Shown: positions 1-14,663, numbered from the stretch's first letter. The stretch: DNA of 64,000 nt from Mobula hypostoma (GCF_963921235.1 NC_086107.1:103790001-103854000); one strand, 5' to 3'. Notes: generated by a model not told the origin, from the sequence alone. Numbers and translations: made by a program.

Positions 1-415
1 TCCAAGGTGCAAAGAGGAGGGAGTCCTCGTGCAGGATTGCTGAAAGTTTGATTTGCAGGTTGAGGTGGTGGTGAGGAAGGCAAGTTTAATGTTAGCATTC
101 ATTTCGAGAGGACTTGAATATAAAAGCAATGATATAATATTGAGGCCTGATAGATGTTTATTAGATTAAGAAGGGCATGGACAGGGTTGAAATGTCATAC
201 TAGAGGGCATGCATTTAAGATCAAGGGTCTACCAACCTCTGCCCTAAATATACCCAATGACCTGGCCTCCACAGCCACCTGTGGAAACAAACTACCCTCT
301 GGCTAAAGAAATTCCTCCTCATCTCTGTTCTAAATGGACTTCTCTCTATTCTGAAGCTGTGCCCTCTGGTCCTAGACTTCCCCACCATAGGAAATATCCT
401 CTCCACATCCACTCT
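1..415. mobile_element. CR1 LINE fragments (both orientations)
   Basis: Minus-strand DVERIFPMVGKSRTRGHSFRIERSPFRTEMRRNFFSQRVV is a CR1 ORF2 C-terminus. Confidence 0.8.
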
Positions 416-1198
416 ACGAGAGGCTGGTCAGCCTCTCAAGAATTCCCAACTCACAGCATTCCCATTTTACAGCAACCTATCTCTTTCACTTGCTGATCAA
501 CATGACAGACAACTCCTCTGGTCTACAGGCTGTCTCCAGGGACGCACAGGGAGACAAACGTCAAGTGCTGACGGCAGATTATCATCTCAGTGAAAGACAC
601 CCCTGGGTCGGGACAGTTTACAACGACCAATTAGTACGCCTTTGGACCGTGGGGGGGGGGGACCGGAGCACTCGGAGTAAACCGATGCAGTTACGGGGAG
701 AACGTACAAAGTCTTTAGAGGCAGCGACGGGAATTGAACCCAGGTCGCCTGTACTGTAAACCACTGTGCTAACGTGCCACCCGTTGATGAAAACATTGAC
801 TATGAACGTAAAGAATGAAAAGGTTTATTGCAATTTTTTTAAATTTTGAATAAAGTTTATTGTGTTTTTTTAAAAAATGCTAATAATCCTTCTTCTCATT
901 TACATCAGAGGCAATCTACAGCGGAGGAAATGAGAGAGCAGCCAGGGAGGCTCAAATGGTCACAGCGAGAAGGTACAATCTTCACACAGGCAGTGACGGA
1001 GGTCAGGATTGAACTTGTGTCACTGGAGCACAAAGCAGTAACTACACCCCCCCCACCACCTCTTTAGCCAATTCCGATTTCGATTCAGAGATGCAGCACA
1101 GTGACAGGTCCTTCTGTCCCAATGAGCCCGCATCGCCCAATTACATGTATGTCTTTGGAAAGTGCGAGGGAACCCACACGGTCATGGGGAGAACAAAC

Positions 1199-1943
1199 TG
1201 TTGTGTATTTAATATTTAAGTAATATTTGAGTAACTTTGTATATATGTTGGTTGATGAAGCATTCCTGTTCATTTAAATAATTAATTACGAGTTATTAGA
1301 TTAGATTATGAGGACACGCAGTCCTCTTTTATTGTCATTTAGTAATGCATGCATTAAGAAATGATACAATGTTCCTCCAGAATGATATCACAGAAACACA
1401 AGACAAACCAAGACTGAAAAACTGACAAAAACCCCATAATTATAACATATAGTTACAACAGTGCAAAGCAATACTGTAATTTGATAAAGAACAGACCATG
1501 GGCACGGTAAAAAAAAGTCTCAAAGTCTCTCGAAAGTCCCAACATCTCACGCAGACGGTAGAAGGAAGAAAAACTCTCCCTCCCATGAACCTCCAGCGCC
1601 GCAAACACCCTGGAAGCACCCGACCGCAGCCGACTCTGAGTCCGTCCGAAAACTTCGAGCCTCTGACCAGCCCTCCGACACCGAGCACCATCTCTGCTGA
1701 GCGCTTCAACCCCGGCCCCGGCAACAGGCAGTAGGCAAAGCTGAGGATCTGGGGCCTTCCCCTCTGGAGATTCTCGATCGCACAGTAGCAACGGCATGTG
1801 TTATATGCATAAATACATGAATGGCATATGACATGACGCTACCACGTAAAGCGAGCATGGCTCACTAAAAGCAAAACACGTTCCCTGGACACCTGTGTCC
1901 TCCTTTGAACTATTTTAATGTTTTGAAGTTGCAGAACATAACT
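1199..1943. mobile_element. Possible solo LTR interrupted by a non-LTR 3' fragment (~1297-1799)
   Basis: Starts TGTTG and ends cataact (near TAACA); sits inside a SINE. The insert begins with (ttaga)n and tttatt, i.e. a reversed 3' tail. Confidence 0.4.
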
Positions 1944-2706
1944 CGTACAAACGAGTGGGAATGAACCCGGGTTGCGGTACTGGAACAGCGTTACGCTGAC
2001 CGCTACACTTTCTCACACTTAATGCCCAGAGGTGAGCGTTGGCCTCTCGCAAACTGCAGGCAAAGTTCTACCACGCTGTGCAAATACACCACCCCCCCAC
2101 ACACACACCCCTGCTCCCTCCTAAGCCGGTTGTGTTTCAGCTACAATCATCTAAGCCAAGCTGGGATCCATGGACCTCTCGGTCAATGGCCGGGATCTGC
2201 CGCATAAAAAAGGTTGGGAACCTCTGATCTAAGCACGCAGGTTGTTTGTCATTTAAAACCCACCATATCCCGACAAGGTGACAAAGAGTCAGATGCAACT
2301 GTCGAGCATTTATTAAAGATATAATCCAGATACAAACAGAGTCCTGGAACTTTTATACCTTAATACTGATAGATCTTCTAAGTACCCTTATATATAATAA
2401 AGCGACCAGAAGTGATCACAAAGTATACTGCACTGCTAATTGCATTTAATACAACTCGGAATTAGAAGACATTGGTGAGTGAGGTTTTCATTGCATTGAC
2501 TGTTTGGGCCAGGATCACTCCAACTCGGAGGTCTGCCCAAGTGTTACAACATGTAGGTGTAGCTTAGAGTGGGACACTGAGTTCAGCAGAGCAAATAGAC
2601 ACCTGGCACAGGTACAACCATGCATCCCATCCCCCATGATCTCACACTTACTTACAGGAAGGAATTATCTGTATACATAATTAACTTGTTAGCCAGTTAT
2701 TCGCCA

Positions 2707-5700
2707 CACTCCCTCAGTACTGTCCCTCTGACAGTATGCACTCGCTCGGTACTGTCCCTCTAACAGTGTGACACTCCCTCGGTACTGTCCCTCTAACAGT
2801 GAGGCACTCCCTCAGTACTGTCCCTCCCACAGTGAGACACTCCCTCAGTACTGTCCCTCCGACAGTGAGGCACTCCCTCAGCACTGTACCTCCGACAGTG
2901 AGGCACTCCCTCAGCACCGTCACTCCGACCAGCGAGACACTCCCTCAGTACTGCCCCTCCGACAGTGAGACACTCCCTCGGTACTGTCCCTCCGACAGTG
3001 AGGAACTCCCTCAGCACCGTCACTCCGACCAGCGAGGCACTCCCTCGGTACTGTCCCTCTGACAGCGAGGCACTCCCTCAGCACCGTCACTCCGACCAGC
3101 GAGGCACTCCCTTGGTACTGTCCCTCTGACAGCGAGGCACTCCCTCAGCACGGTCACTCCGATCAGCGAGACACTCCCTCGGTACTGCCCCTCCGACAGC
3201 GAGACACTCCCTCGGTACTGTCCCTCGGACAGTGAGACACTCCCTCAGCACCGTCACTCCGACAGTGAGACACTCCGTCGGTACTGTCCCTCCGACAGTG
3301 TGACACTCCCTCGGTATTGTCCCTCTAACAGTGTGACACTCCCACAGCACTGTCCCTCCCACAGTGAGGCACTCCCTCGGTACTGTCCGACAGTGAGGCA
3401 CTCCCTCAGTACCGTCCCTCTGACAGTGAGACACTCCCTCAGTACTGTCCCTCCCACAGTGAGACACTCCCTCGGTACTGTCCCTCCGACAGTGAGACAC
3501 TCCCTCGGTACTGTCCCTCCCACAGTGAGGCACTCCCTCGGTACTGTCCCTCTGACAGTGAGACACTCCCTCGGTACTGTCCCTCCGACAGTGAGGGACT
3601 CCCTCAGTACTGTCCCTCCCACAGTGAGACACTCCCTCAGTACCGTCCCTCCGACAGTGAGACACTCCCTCAGTACTGTCCCTCCGACAGTGAGACACTC
3701 CCTCAGTACTGTCCCTCCGACAGTGAGGCACTCCCTCAGCACCGTCACTCCGACCAGCAAGACACTCCCTCGGTACTGCCCCTCCGACAGTGAGGAACTC
3801 CCTCAGCACCGTCACTCCGACCAGCGAGACAGTCCCTCGGTACTGTCCCTCCGACAGTGAGGCACTTCCTCGGTACTGTCCTTCTGACAGCAAGTTACTC
3901 CCTCGGTACTGTCCCTCCGACAGTGAGACACTCCCTCAGCACCGTCACTCCGACAGTGAGACACTCCCTCAGTACTGACCCTCCGACAGTCAGGCAATCC
4001 CTCAGCACCGTCACTCCGACCAGCGAGACACTCCCTCGGTACTGTCCCTCTGACAGTGAGACACTCCCTCGGTACTGTCCCTCTGACAGCAAGTCACTCC
4101 CTCGGTACTGTCCCTCCGACAATGAGACACTCCCTCAGCACCGTCACTCCGACAGTGAGACACTCCCTCAGTACTGTCCCTCCGAAAGTGAGGCACTCCC
4201 TCAGCACCGTCCCTCCGACAGTGAGACACTCCCTCAGCACCATCACTCCGACAGTGTGACACTCCCTCAGCACCGTCACTCCGACCAGCTAGACACTCCC
4301 TCAGCACCGCCCCTCCGACAGTGAGACACTCCCTCAGCACCGTCCCTCAGACAGTGAGACACTCCCTCGGTACTGCCCCTCCGACAGCGAGGCACTCCCT
4401 CAGCACTGTCTCTCAGACCAGCGAGACACTCCCTCAGCACTGCCCCTCCGACAGTGAGGCATTCCCTCAGCACCATCCCTCAGACAAGTGAGACACTCCC
4501 TCGGTACTGCCCCTCCGACAGTGAGGCACTCCCTCAGCACCGTCACTCCGAGCAGCGAGACACTCCCTCGGTACTGTCCCTCCGACAGTGAGGCACTCCC
4601 TCAGCACCGTCACTCCCATCAGCGAGACACTCCCTCAGTACTGTCCCTACCACAGTGAGACACTCCCTCAGTACTGTCCCTCCGACAGTGAGGCACTCCC
4701 TCAGCACTGTCCCTCCGACAGTGAGGCACTCCCTCAGCACTGTCCCTCCGACAGTGAGGCACTCCCTCAGCACCTTCACTCCGACCAGCGAGACACTACC
4801 TCGGTACTGCCCCTCCGACAGTGAGACACTCCCTCGGTACTGTCCCTCCGACAGTGAGACACTCCCTCAGCACCGTCACTCCGACCAGTGAGGCACTCCC
4901 TCGGTACTGTCCCTCCGAAAGTGAGGCACTCCCTCAGCACCGTCACTCCGACCAGCGAGACACTCCCTCAGAACTGCCCCTCCGACAGTGAGGCATTCCC
5001 TCAGCACCGTCCCTCAGACAGTGAGACACTCCCTCGATACTGTCCCTCCGACAGTGAGGCACTCCCTCAGCACCGTCACTCCCATCAGCGAGACACTCCC
5101 TCGGTACTGTCCCTCCCACAGTGAGACACTCCCTTAGTACAGTCCCTCCGACAGTGAGACACTCCCTCAGTACTGTCCCTCCCACAGTGAGACACTCCCT
5201 CAGTACTGTCCCTCCGACAGTGAGGCACTCCCTCAGCACTGTCCCTCCGACAGTGAGGCACTCCCTCAGCACCGTCACTCCGACCAGCAAGACACTCCCT
5301 CGGTACTGCCCCTCCGACAGTGAGACACTCCCTCGGTACTGTCCCTTCGACAGTGAGACACTCCCTCAGCACCGTCACTCTGACCAGCGAGGCACTCTCT
5401 CGGTACTGTCCCTCCGACAGTGAGGCACTCCCTCAGCACCGTCACTCCGACCAGCGGGACAATCCCTCGGTACTGCCCCTCCGACAGTGAGGCACTCCCT
5501 CAGCACCGTCACTCCGACCAGCGAGGCACTCCCTCGGTACTGTCCCTCTGACAGCGAGGCACTCCCTCAGCACCGTCACTCTAATCAGCGAGACACTGCC
5601 TCGGCACTGCCCCTACGACAGTGAGGCACTCCCTCAGCACTATCACTCCGACCAGTGAGACACTCCCTCGGTACTGTCCCTCTGACAGTGAGACACTCCC

Positions 5701-8700
5701 TCGGCACTGTCCCTCCGACAGTGTGACACTCCCTCAGTACTGTCCCTCTGACAGTGAGACACTCCCTCAGCACTGTCCCTCCGACAGTGAGGCACTCCCT
5801 CAGCACCGTCACTCTGACCAGCGGGACAATCCCTCGGTACTGCCCCTCCGACAGTGAGGCACTCCCTCAGCACCGTCACTCCGACCAGCGAGGCACTCCC
5901 TCGGTACTGTCCCTCTGACAGCGACGCACTCCCTCAGCACCGTCACTCTAATCAGCGAGACACTGCCTCGGCACTGCCCCTCCGACAGTGAGGCACTCCC
6001 TCAGTACTGTCCCTCTGACAGTGAGACACTCCCTCAGCACTGTCCCTCCGACAGTGAGGCACTCCCTCAGCACTATCACTCCGACCAGCGAGACACTCCC
6101 TCGGTACTGCCCCTCCGACAGCGAGACACTCCCTCAGCACTGTCCCTCCGACAGTGAGGCACTCCCTCAGCACCGTCACTCCGACCAGCGAGACACTCCC
6201 TCGGTACTGCCCCTCCGACAGTGAGGAACTCCCTCAGCACCGTCACTCCGACCAGCGAGACAGTCCCTCGGTACTGTCCCTCCGACAGTGAGGCACTTCC
6301 TCGGTACTGTCCTTCTGACAGCAAGTTACTCCCTCGGTACTGTCCCTCCGACAGTGAGACACTCCCTCAGCACCGTCACTCCGACAGCGAGACACTCCCT
6401 CAGTACTGACCCTCCGACAGTGAGGCAATCCCTCAGCACCGTCACTCCGACCAGCGAGACACTCCCTCGGTACTGTCCCTCCGACAGTGAGACACTCCCT
6501 CAGCACCGTCACTCCAACAGTGAGACACTCCCTCAGTACTGTCCCTCCGAAAGTGAGACACTCCCTCAGCACCGTCACTCCGACCAGCTAGACACTCCCT
6601 CAGCACCGCCCCTCCGACAGTGAGACACTCCCTCGGCACTGTCCCTTCTACAGTGAGGCACTTCCTCGGTACTGTCCTTCTGACAGCAAGTCACTCCCTC
6701 GGTACTGTCCCTCCGACAGTGAGACACTCCCTCAGCACCGTCCCTCAGACAGTGAGACACTCCCTCGGTACTGCCCCTCCGACAGTGAGGCACTCCCTCA
6801 GCACCGTCCCTCAGACCAGCAAGACACTCCCTCAGCACTGCCCCTCCGACAGTGAGGCATTCCCTCAGCACCGTCCCTCAGACAGTGAGACACTCCCTCA
6901 GTACTGCCCCTCCGACAGTGAGACACTCCCTCAGCACCGTCCCTCAGACAGTGAGACACTCCCTCAGTACTGTCCCTCAGACAGTGAGACACTCCCTCAG
7001 TACTGTCCCTCAGACAGTGAGACACTCCCTCAGCACCGTCCCTCAGACAGTGAGACACTCCCTCAGTACTGTCCCTCCCACAGTGAGACACTCCCTCAGT
7101 ACTGTCCCTCCGACAGTGAGGCACTCCCTCAGCACTGTCCCTCCGACAGTGAGGCACTCCCTCAGCACCGTCACTCCGACCAGCGAGACACTCCCTTGGT
7201 ACTGCCCCTCCGACAGTGAGACACTCCCTCGGTACTGTCCCTCCGACAGTGAGACACTCCCTCAGCACCGTCACTCCGACCAGCGAGGCACTCCCTCGGT
7301 ACTGTCCCTCCGACAGTGAGGCACTCCCTCAGCACCGTCACTCCGACCAGCGGGACAATCCCTCGGTACTGCCCCTCCGACAGTGAGGCACTCCCTCAGC
7401 ACCGTCACTCCGACCAGCGAGGCACTCCCTCGGTACTGTCCCTCTGACAGCGAGGCACTCCCTCAGCACCGTCACTCTAATCAGCGAGACACTGCCTCGG
7501 CACTGCCCCTCCGACAGTGAGGCACTCCCTCAGCACTATCACTCCGACCAGCGAGACACTCCCTCGGTACTGCCCCTCCGACAGCGAGACACTCCCTCGG
7601 TACTGTCCCTTCGACAGTGAGACACTCCCTCAGCACCGTCACTCCGACAGTGAGACACTCCGTCGGTACTGTCCCTCCGACAGTGAGACACTCCCTCAGT
7701 ACCGTCCCTCCCACAGTGAGACACTCCCTCAGAACTGTCCCTCTGACAGTGTGACACTCCCTCAGTACTGTCCCTCTGACAGTGAGACACTCCCTCAACA
7801 CTGTCCCTCCGACAGTGAGGCACTCCCTCAGCACCATCACTCCGACCAGCGAGACACCCCCTCGGTACTGCCCCTCCAACAGTGAGACACTCCCTCGGTA
7901 CTGTCCCTCCGACAGTGAGGAACTCCCTCAGCACCATCACTCCGACCAGCGAGACACTCCCTCGGTACGATCCCTCTGACAGTGAGACACTCCCTCGGTA
8001 CTGCCCCTCCGACGGTGAGGCACTCCCTCAGCACTGTCCCTCCGACAGTGAGGCACTCCCTCAGCACCGTCACTCCGACCAGCGAGACACTCCCTCGGTA
8101 CTGCCCCTCCGACAGTGAGGAACTCCCTCAGCACCGTCACTCCGACCAGTGAGACAGTCCCTCGGTACTGTCCCTCCGACAGTGAGGCACTTCCTCGGTA
8201 CTGTCCTTCTGACAGCAAGTTACTCCCTCGGTACTGTCCCTCCGACAGTGAGACACTCCCTCAGCACCGTCACTCCGACAGCGAGACACTCCCTCAGTAC
8301 TGACCCTCCGACAGTGAGGCAATCCCTCAGCACCGTCACTCCGACCAGCGAGACACTCCCTCGGTACTGTCCCTCCGACAGTGAGACACTCCCTCAGCAC
8401 CGTCACTCCAACAGTGAGACACTCCCTCAGTACTGTCCCTCCGAAAGTGAGACACTCCCTCAGCACCGTCACTCCGACCAGCTAGACACTCCCTCAGCAC
8501 CGCCCCTCCGACAGTGAGACACTCCCTCGGCACTGTCCCTTCTACAGTGAGGCACTTCCTCGGTACTGTCCCTCCGACAGTGAGACACTCCCTCAGCACC
8601 GTCCCTCAGACAGTGAGACACTCCCTCGGTACTGCCCCTCCGACAGTGAGGCACTCCCTCAGCACCGTCCCTCAGGCCAGCGAGACACTCCCTCAGCACT

Positions 8701-11700
8701 GCCCCTCCGACAGTGAGGCATTCCCTCAGCACCGTCCCTCAGACAGTGAGACACTCCCTCAGTACTGCCCCTCCGACAGTGAGACACTCCCTCAGCACCG
8801 TCCCTCAGACAGTGAGACACTCCCTCAGTACTGTCCCTCAGACAGTGAGACACTCCCTCAGTACTGTCCCTCAGACAGTGAGACACTCCCTCAGCACCGT
8901 CCCTCAGACAGTGAGACACTCCCTCAGTACTGTCCCTCCCACAGTGAGACACTCCCTCAGTACTGTCCCTCCGACAGTGAGGCACTCCCTCAGCACTGTC
9001 CCTCCGACAGTGAGGCACTCCCTCAGCACCGTCACTCCGACCAGCGAGACACTCCCTTGGTACTGCCCCTCCGACAGTGAGACACTCCCTCGGTACTGTC
9101 CCTCCGACAGTGAGACACTCCCTCAGCACCGTCACTCCGACCAGCGAGGCACTCCCTCAGTACTGTCCCTCCGACAGTGAGGCACTCCCTCAGCACCGTC
9201 ACTCCGACCAGCGGGACAATCCCTCGGTACTGCCCCTCCGACAGTGAGGCACTCCCTCAGCACCGTCACTCCGACCAGCGAGGCACTCCCTCGGTACTGT
9301 CCCTCTGACAGCGAGGCACTCCCTCAGCACCGTCACTCTAATCAGCGAGACACTGCCTCGGCACTGCCCCTCCGACAGTGAGGCACTCCCTCAGTACTGT
9401 CCCTCTGACAGTGAGACACTCCCTCAGCACTGTCCCTCCGACAGTGAGGCACTCCCTCAGCACTATCACTCCGACCAGCGAGACACTCCCTCGGTACTGC
9501 CCCTCCGACAGCGAGACACTCCCTCGGTACTGTCCCTTCGACAGTGAGACACTCCATCAGCACCGTCACTCCGACAGTGAGACACTCCGTCGGTACTGTC
9601 CCTCCGACAGTGAGACACTCCCTCAGTACCGTCCCTCCCACAGTGAGACACTCCCTCAGAACTGTCCCTCTGACAGTGTGACACTCCCTCAGTACTGTCC
9701 CTCTGACAGTGAGACACTCCCTCAACACAGTCCCTCCGACAGTGAGGCACTCCCTCAGCACTGTCCCTCCGACAGTGAGGCACTCCCTCAGCACCATCAC
9801 TCCGACCAGCGAGACACCCCCTCGGTACTGCCCCTCCGACAGTGAGACACTCCCTCGGTACTGTCCCTCCGACAGTGAGGAACTCCCTCAGCACCATCAC
9901 TCCGACCAGCGAGACACTCCCTCGGTACGATCCCTCTGACAGTGAGACACTCCCTCGGTACTGCCCCTCCGACGGTGAGGCACTCCCTCAGCACTGTCAC
10001 TCCGACCAGCGAGACAGTCCCTCGGCACTGTCCCTCTGACAGTGAGACACTCCCTCAGCACTGTCCCTCCGACAGTGAGGCACTCCCTCAGCACTATCAC
10101 TCCGACCAGCGAGACACTCCCTCGGTACTGCCCCTCCGACAGCGAGACACTCCCTCGGTACTGTCCCTTCGACAGTGAGACACTCCATCAGCACCGTCAC
10201 TCCGACAGTGAGACACTCCGTCGGTACTGTCCCTCCGACAGTGAGACACTCCCTCAGTACCGTCCCTCCCACAGTGAGACACTCCCTCAGAACTGTCCCT
10301 CTGACAGTGTGACACTCCCTCAGTACTGTCCCTCTGACAGTGAGACACTCCCTCAACACTGTCCCTCCGACAGTGAGGCACTCCCTCAGCACTGTCCCTC
10401 CGACAGTGAGGCACTCCCTCAGCACCATCACTCCGACCAGCGAGACACCCCCTCGGTACTGCCCCTCCGACAGTGAGACACTCCCTCGGTACTGTCCCTC
10501 CGACAGTGAGGAACTCCCTCAGCACCATCACTCCGACCAGCGAGACACTCCCTCGGTACGATCCCTCTGACAGTGAGACACTCCCTCGGTACTGCCCCTC
10601 CGACGGTGAGGCACTCCCTCAGCACTGTCACTCCGACCAGCGAGACAGTCCCTCGGCACTGTCCCTCTGACAGTGAGGCACTCCCTCGGTGCTGTCCCTC
10701 CGACAGTGAGGCACTCCCTCAGTACTGTCCCTCCGACAATGAGACACTCCCTCAGCACCGTCACTCCGACACTGAGACACTCCCTCGGTACTGTCCCTCT
10801 GACAGTGTGACACTCCCTCGGTACTGCCCCTCTGACAGTGTGACAATCCCTCGGTACTGTCCCTCTGACAGTGAGACACTCCCTCGGTACTGCCATCCGA
10901 CAGTGAGGCACTCCCTCGGTACTGCCCCTCCGACAGTGAGGCACTCCCTCGGCACTGTCCCTTCGACAGTGAGGCACTTCCTCGGTACCATCACTCCGAC
11001 AGTGAGACACTCCCTCGGTACTGTCCCTCAGACAGTGAGACACTCCCTCAGTACTGTCCCTCAGACAGTGAGACACTCCCTCAGCACCGTCCCTCCCACA
11101 GTGAGACACTCCCTCAGTACTGTCCCTCCGACAGTGAGGCACTCCCTCAGCACTGTCCCTCCGACAGTGAGGCACTCCCTCAGCACCGTCACTCCGACCA
11201 GCGAGACACTCCCTTGGTACTGCCCCTCCGACAGTGAGACACTCCCTCGGTACTGTCCCTCCGACAGTGAGACACTCCCTCAGCACCGTCACTCCGACCA
11301 GCGAGGCACTCCCTCGGTACTGTCCCTCCGACAGTGAGGCACTCCCTCAGCACCGTCACTCCGACCAGCGGGACAATCCCTCGGTACTGCCCCTCCGACA
11401 GTGAGGCACTCCCTCAGCACCGTCACTCCGACCAGCGAGGCACTCCCTCGGTACTGTCCCTCTGACAGCGAGGCACTCCCTCAGCACCGTCACTCTAATC
11501 AGCGAGACACTGCCTCGGCACTGCCCCTCCGACAGTGAGGCACTCCCTCAGTACTGTCCCTCTGACAGTGAGACACTCCCTCAGCACTGTCCCTCCGACA
11601 GTGAGGCACTCCCTCAGCACTATCACTCCGACCAGCGAGACACTCCCTTGGTACTGCCCCTCCGACAGCGAGACACTCCCTCGGTACTGTCCCTTCGACA

Positions 11701-14038
11701 GTGAGACACTCCCTCAGCACCGTCACTCCGACAGTGAGACACTCCGTCGGTACTGTCCCTCCGACAGTGAGACACTCCCTCAGTACCGTCCCTCCCACAG
11801 TGAGACACTCCCTCAGAACTGTCCCTCTGACAGTGTGACACTCCCTCAGTACTGTCCCTCTGACAGTGAGACACTCCCTCAACACTGTCCCTCCGACAGT
11901 GAGGCACTCCCTCAGCACTGTCCCTCCGACAGTGAGGCACTCCCTCAGCACCATCACTCCGACCAGCGAGACACCCCCTCGGTACTGCCCCTCCGACAGT
12001 GAGACACTCCCTCGGTCCTGTCCCTCCGACAGTGAGGAACTCCCTCAGCACCATCACTCCGACCAGCGAGACACTCCCTCGGTACGATCCCTCTGACAGT
12101 GAGACACTCCCTCGGTACTGCCCCTCCGACGGTGAGGCACTCCCTCAGCACTGTCACTCTGACCAGCGAGACAGTCCCTCGGCACTGTCCCTCTGACAGT
12201 GAGGCACTCCCTCGGTGCTGTCCCTCCGACAGTGAGGCACTCCCTCAGTACTGTCCCTCCGACAATGAGACACTCCCTCAGCACCGTCACTCCGACACTG
12301 AGACACTCCCTCGGTACTGTCCCTCTGACAGTGTGACACTCCCTCGGTACTGCCCCTCTGACAGTGTGACAATCCCTCGGTACTGTCCCTCTGACAGTGA
12401 GACACTCCCTCGGTACTGCCATCCGACAGTGAGGCACTCCCTCGGTACTGCCCCTCCGACAGTGAGGCACTCCCTCGGCACTGTCCCTTCGACAGTGAGG
12501 CACTTCCTCGGTACCATCACTCCGACAGTGAGACACTCCCTCGGTACTGACCCTCCGACAGTGAGACACTCCCTCAGTACTGTCCCTCTGACAGTGAGAC
12601 ACTCCCTCGGTACTGTACCTCCGACAGTGAGGAACTCCCTCAGCACCATCACTCCGACCAGTGAGACACTCCCTCGGTACTGTCCCTCTGACAGTGAGAC
12701 ACTCCCTCGGCACTGTCCCTCCGACAGTGTGACACTCCCTCAGTACTGTCCCTCTGACAGTGAGACACTCCCTCAGCACTGTCCCTCCGACAGTGAGGCA
12801 CCCCCTCAGCACCGTCACTCCAACCAGCGAGACACTCCCTCGGTACTGCCCCTCCGACAGTGAGGAACTCCCTCAGCACCGTCACTCCGACCAGCGAGAC
12901 AGTCCCTCGGTACTGTCCCTCCGACAGTGAGGCACTTCCTCGGTACTGTCCTTCTGACAGCAAGTTACTCCCTCGGTACTGTCCCTCCGACAGTGAGACA
13001 CTCCCTCAGCACCGTCACTCCGAAAAGTGAGACACTCTCTCAGTACTGACCCTCCGACAGTGAGGCAATCCCTCAGCACCGTCACTCCGACCAGCCAGAC
13101 ACTCCCTCGGTACTGTCCCTCTGACAGTGAGACACTCCCTCGGTACTGTCCGTCTGACAGCAAGTCACTGCCTCGGTACTGTCCCTCCGACAGTGAGACA
13201 CTCCCTCAGCACCGTCACTCCGACAGTGAGACACTCCCTCAGTACTGTCCCTCCGAAAGTGAGACACTCCCTCAGCACCGTCACTCCGACCAGCTAGACA
13301 CTCCCTCAGCACCGCCCCTCCGACAGTGAGACACTCCCTCAGCACCGTTCCTCAGACAGTGAGACACTCCCTCAGTACTGCCCCTCCGACAGTGAGGCAC
13401 TCCCTCAGCACCGTCACTCCGACCAGCTAGACACTCCCTCAGCACCGCCCCTCCGACAGTGAGGCACTCCCTCAGCACCGTCCCTCAGACCAGCGAGACA
13501 CTCCCTCAGCACTGCCCCTCCGACAGTGAGGCATTCCCTCAGCACCGTCCCTCAGACAGTGAGACACTCCCTCAGTACTGCCCCTCCGACAGTGAGACAC
13601 TCCCTCAGCACCGTCCCTCAGACAGTGAGACACTCCCTCAGTACTGCCCCTCCGACAGTGAGACACTCCCTCAGCACCGTCCCTCAGACAGTGAGACACT
13701 CCCTCAGTACTGTCCCTCTGACAGTGTGACACTCCCTCAGTACTGTCCCTCAGACAGTGAGACACTCCCTCAGCACCGTCCCTCAGACAGTGAGACACTC
13801 CCTCAGTACTGTCCCTCAGACAGTGAGACACTCCCTCAGTACTGTCCCTCAGACAGTGAGACACTCCCTCAGTACTGCCCCTCCGACAGCGAGACACTCC
13901 CTCAGCACCGTCCCTCAGACAGTGAGACACTCCCTCAGTACTGTCCCTCCCACAGTGAGACACTCCCTCAGTACTGTCCCTCTGACAGTGAGACACTCCC
14001 TCAGCACCGTCCCTCAGACAGTGAGACACTCCCTCAGT
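2707..14038. repeat. 11.3-kb minisatellite of 33/34-bp units (cactccctcagtactgtccctccgacagtgaga), ~340 copies, with higher-order block duplications
   Basis: Periodicity is directly visible; identical ORF blocks recur at offsets of 631, 1526, 1861, 1894 and 2157 bp. Confidence 0.98.
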
Positions 14039-14663
14039 GTAGCTCCGGTGCCTCAGCCTGAACTTTGGGCCCGTGAAAGGTGCGGTTCTGCAGCCTGGGC
14101 TGCAAGTGCTCAGTCACATGAAAAAGATGTCCGCACCCCCAAGAGAGAAGATTAAAATTGCACCAGTCCGGCTGATACAGCGAGGAGGACCATCTGCCTG
14201 ACGTCTAGTACAATGAGCAGGAATGAACAACCACATCCTGATAACCCCAGCATGCAGCCTGTGATAATGTTGTTAAAGAATACGTCTATGAAATGTAAAA
14301 ATTGGGACAGGATTCTGCCAGAACTCTCCATTGTGAGAGATACCATGGTTTACTGATGACCTTCTAAATACCTGACTCAGCACCATTTCTCAAATCTGCA
14401 TTTCAGAACCCACCTACAGCGGAAGATGCCACTGCCCACAAGGCTAATCCCAGGGAAGGTTCTCCAAAATCCCTTGAGTTCAGGGTGATCATGGAGATTT
14501 ACTGCAAAGTCTCTGCTCAGTGTGACACAAGCCAGGGGCTACTGTTGGTTACTGAAGGGATGGCCTATACTTTCATCGGAAAGAAACCTTTCCTGTCCCA
14601 CTGCTGATCAGCGCACAAGGCATCTTACAGAAAGCTTTGAAGGCCTCCAGTGGCGTTTCTCTG

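Noticed and set aside
2828..13960. CACAGTG RSS heptamers in some satellite units
   Set aside because: No ACAAAAACC-like nonamer at 12 or 23 nt and no V/J segments; it is a one-base variant of gacagtg.
2707..14038. CRISPR array, or a repetitive protein gene (many 60-268 aa ORFs)
   Set aside because: Units are contiguous with no unique spacers, there are no cas genes, and the context is eukaryotic. ORFs arise because 33 bp equals 11 codons; they occur on both strands and are frameshifted by 34-bp units.
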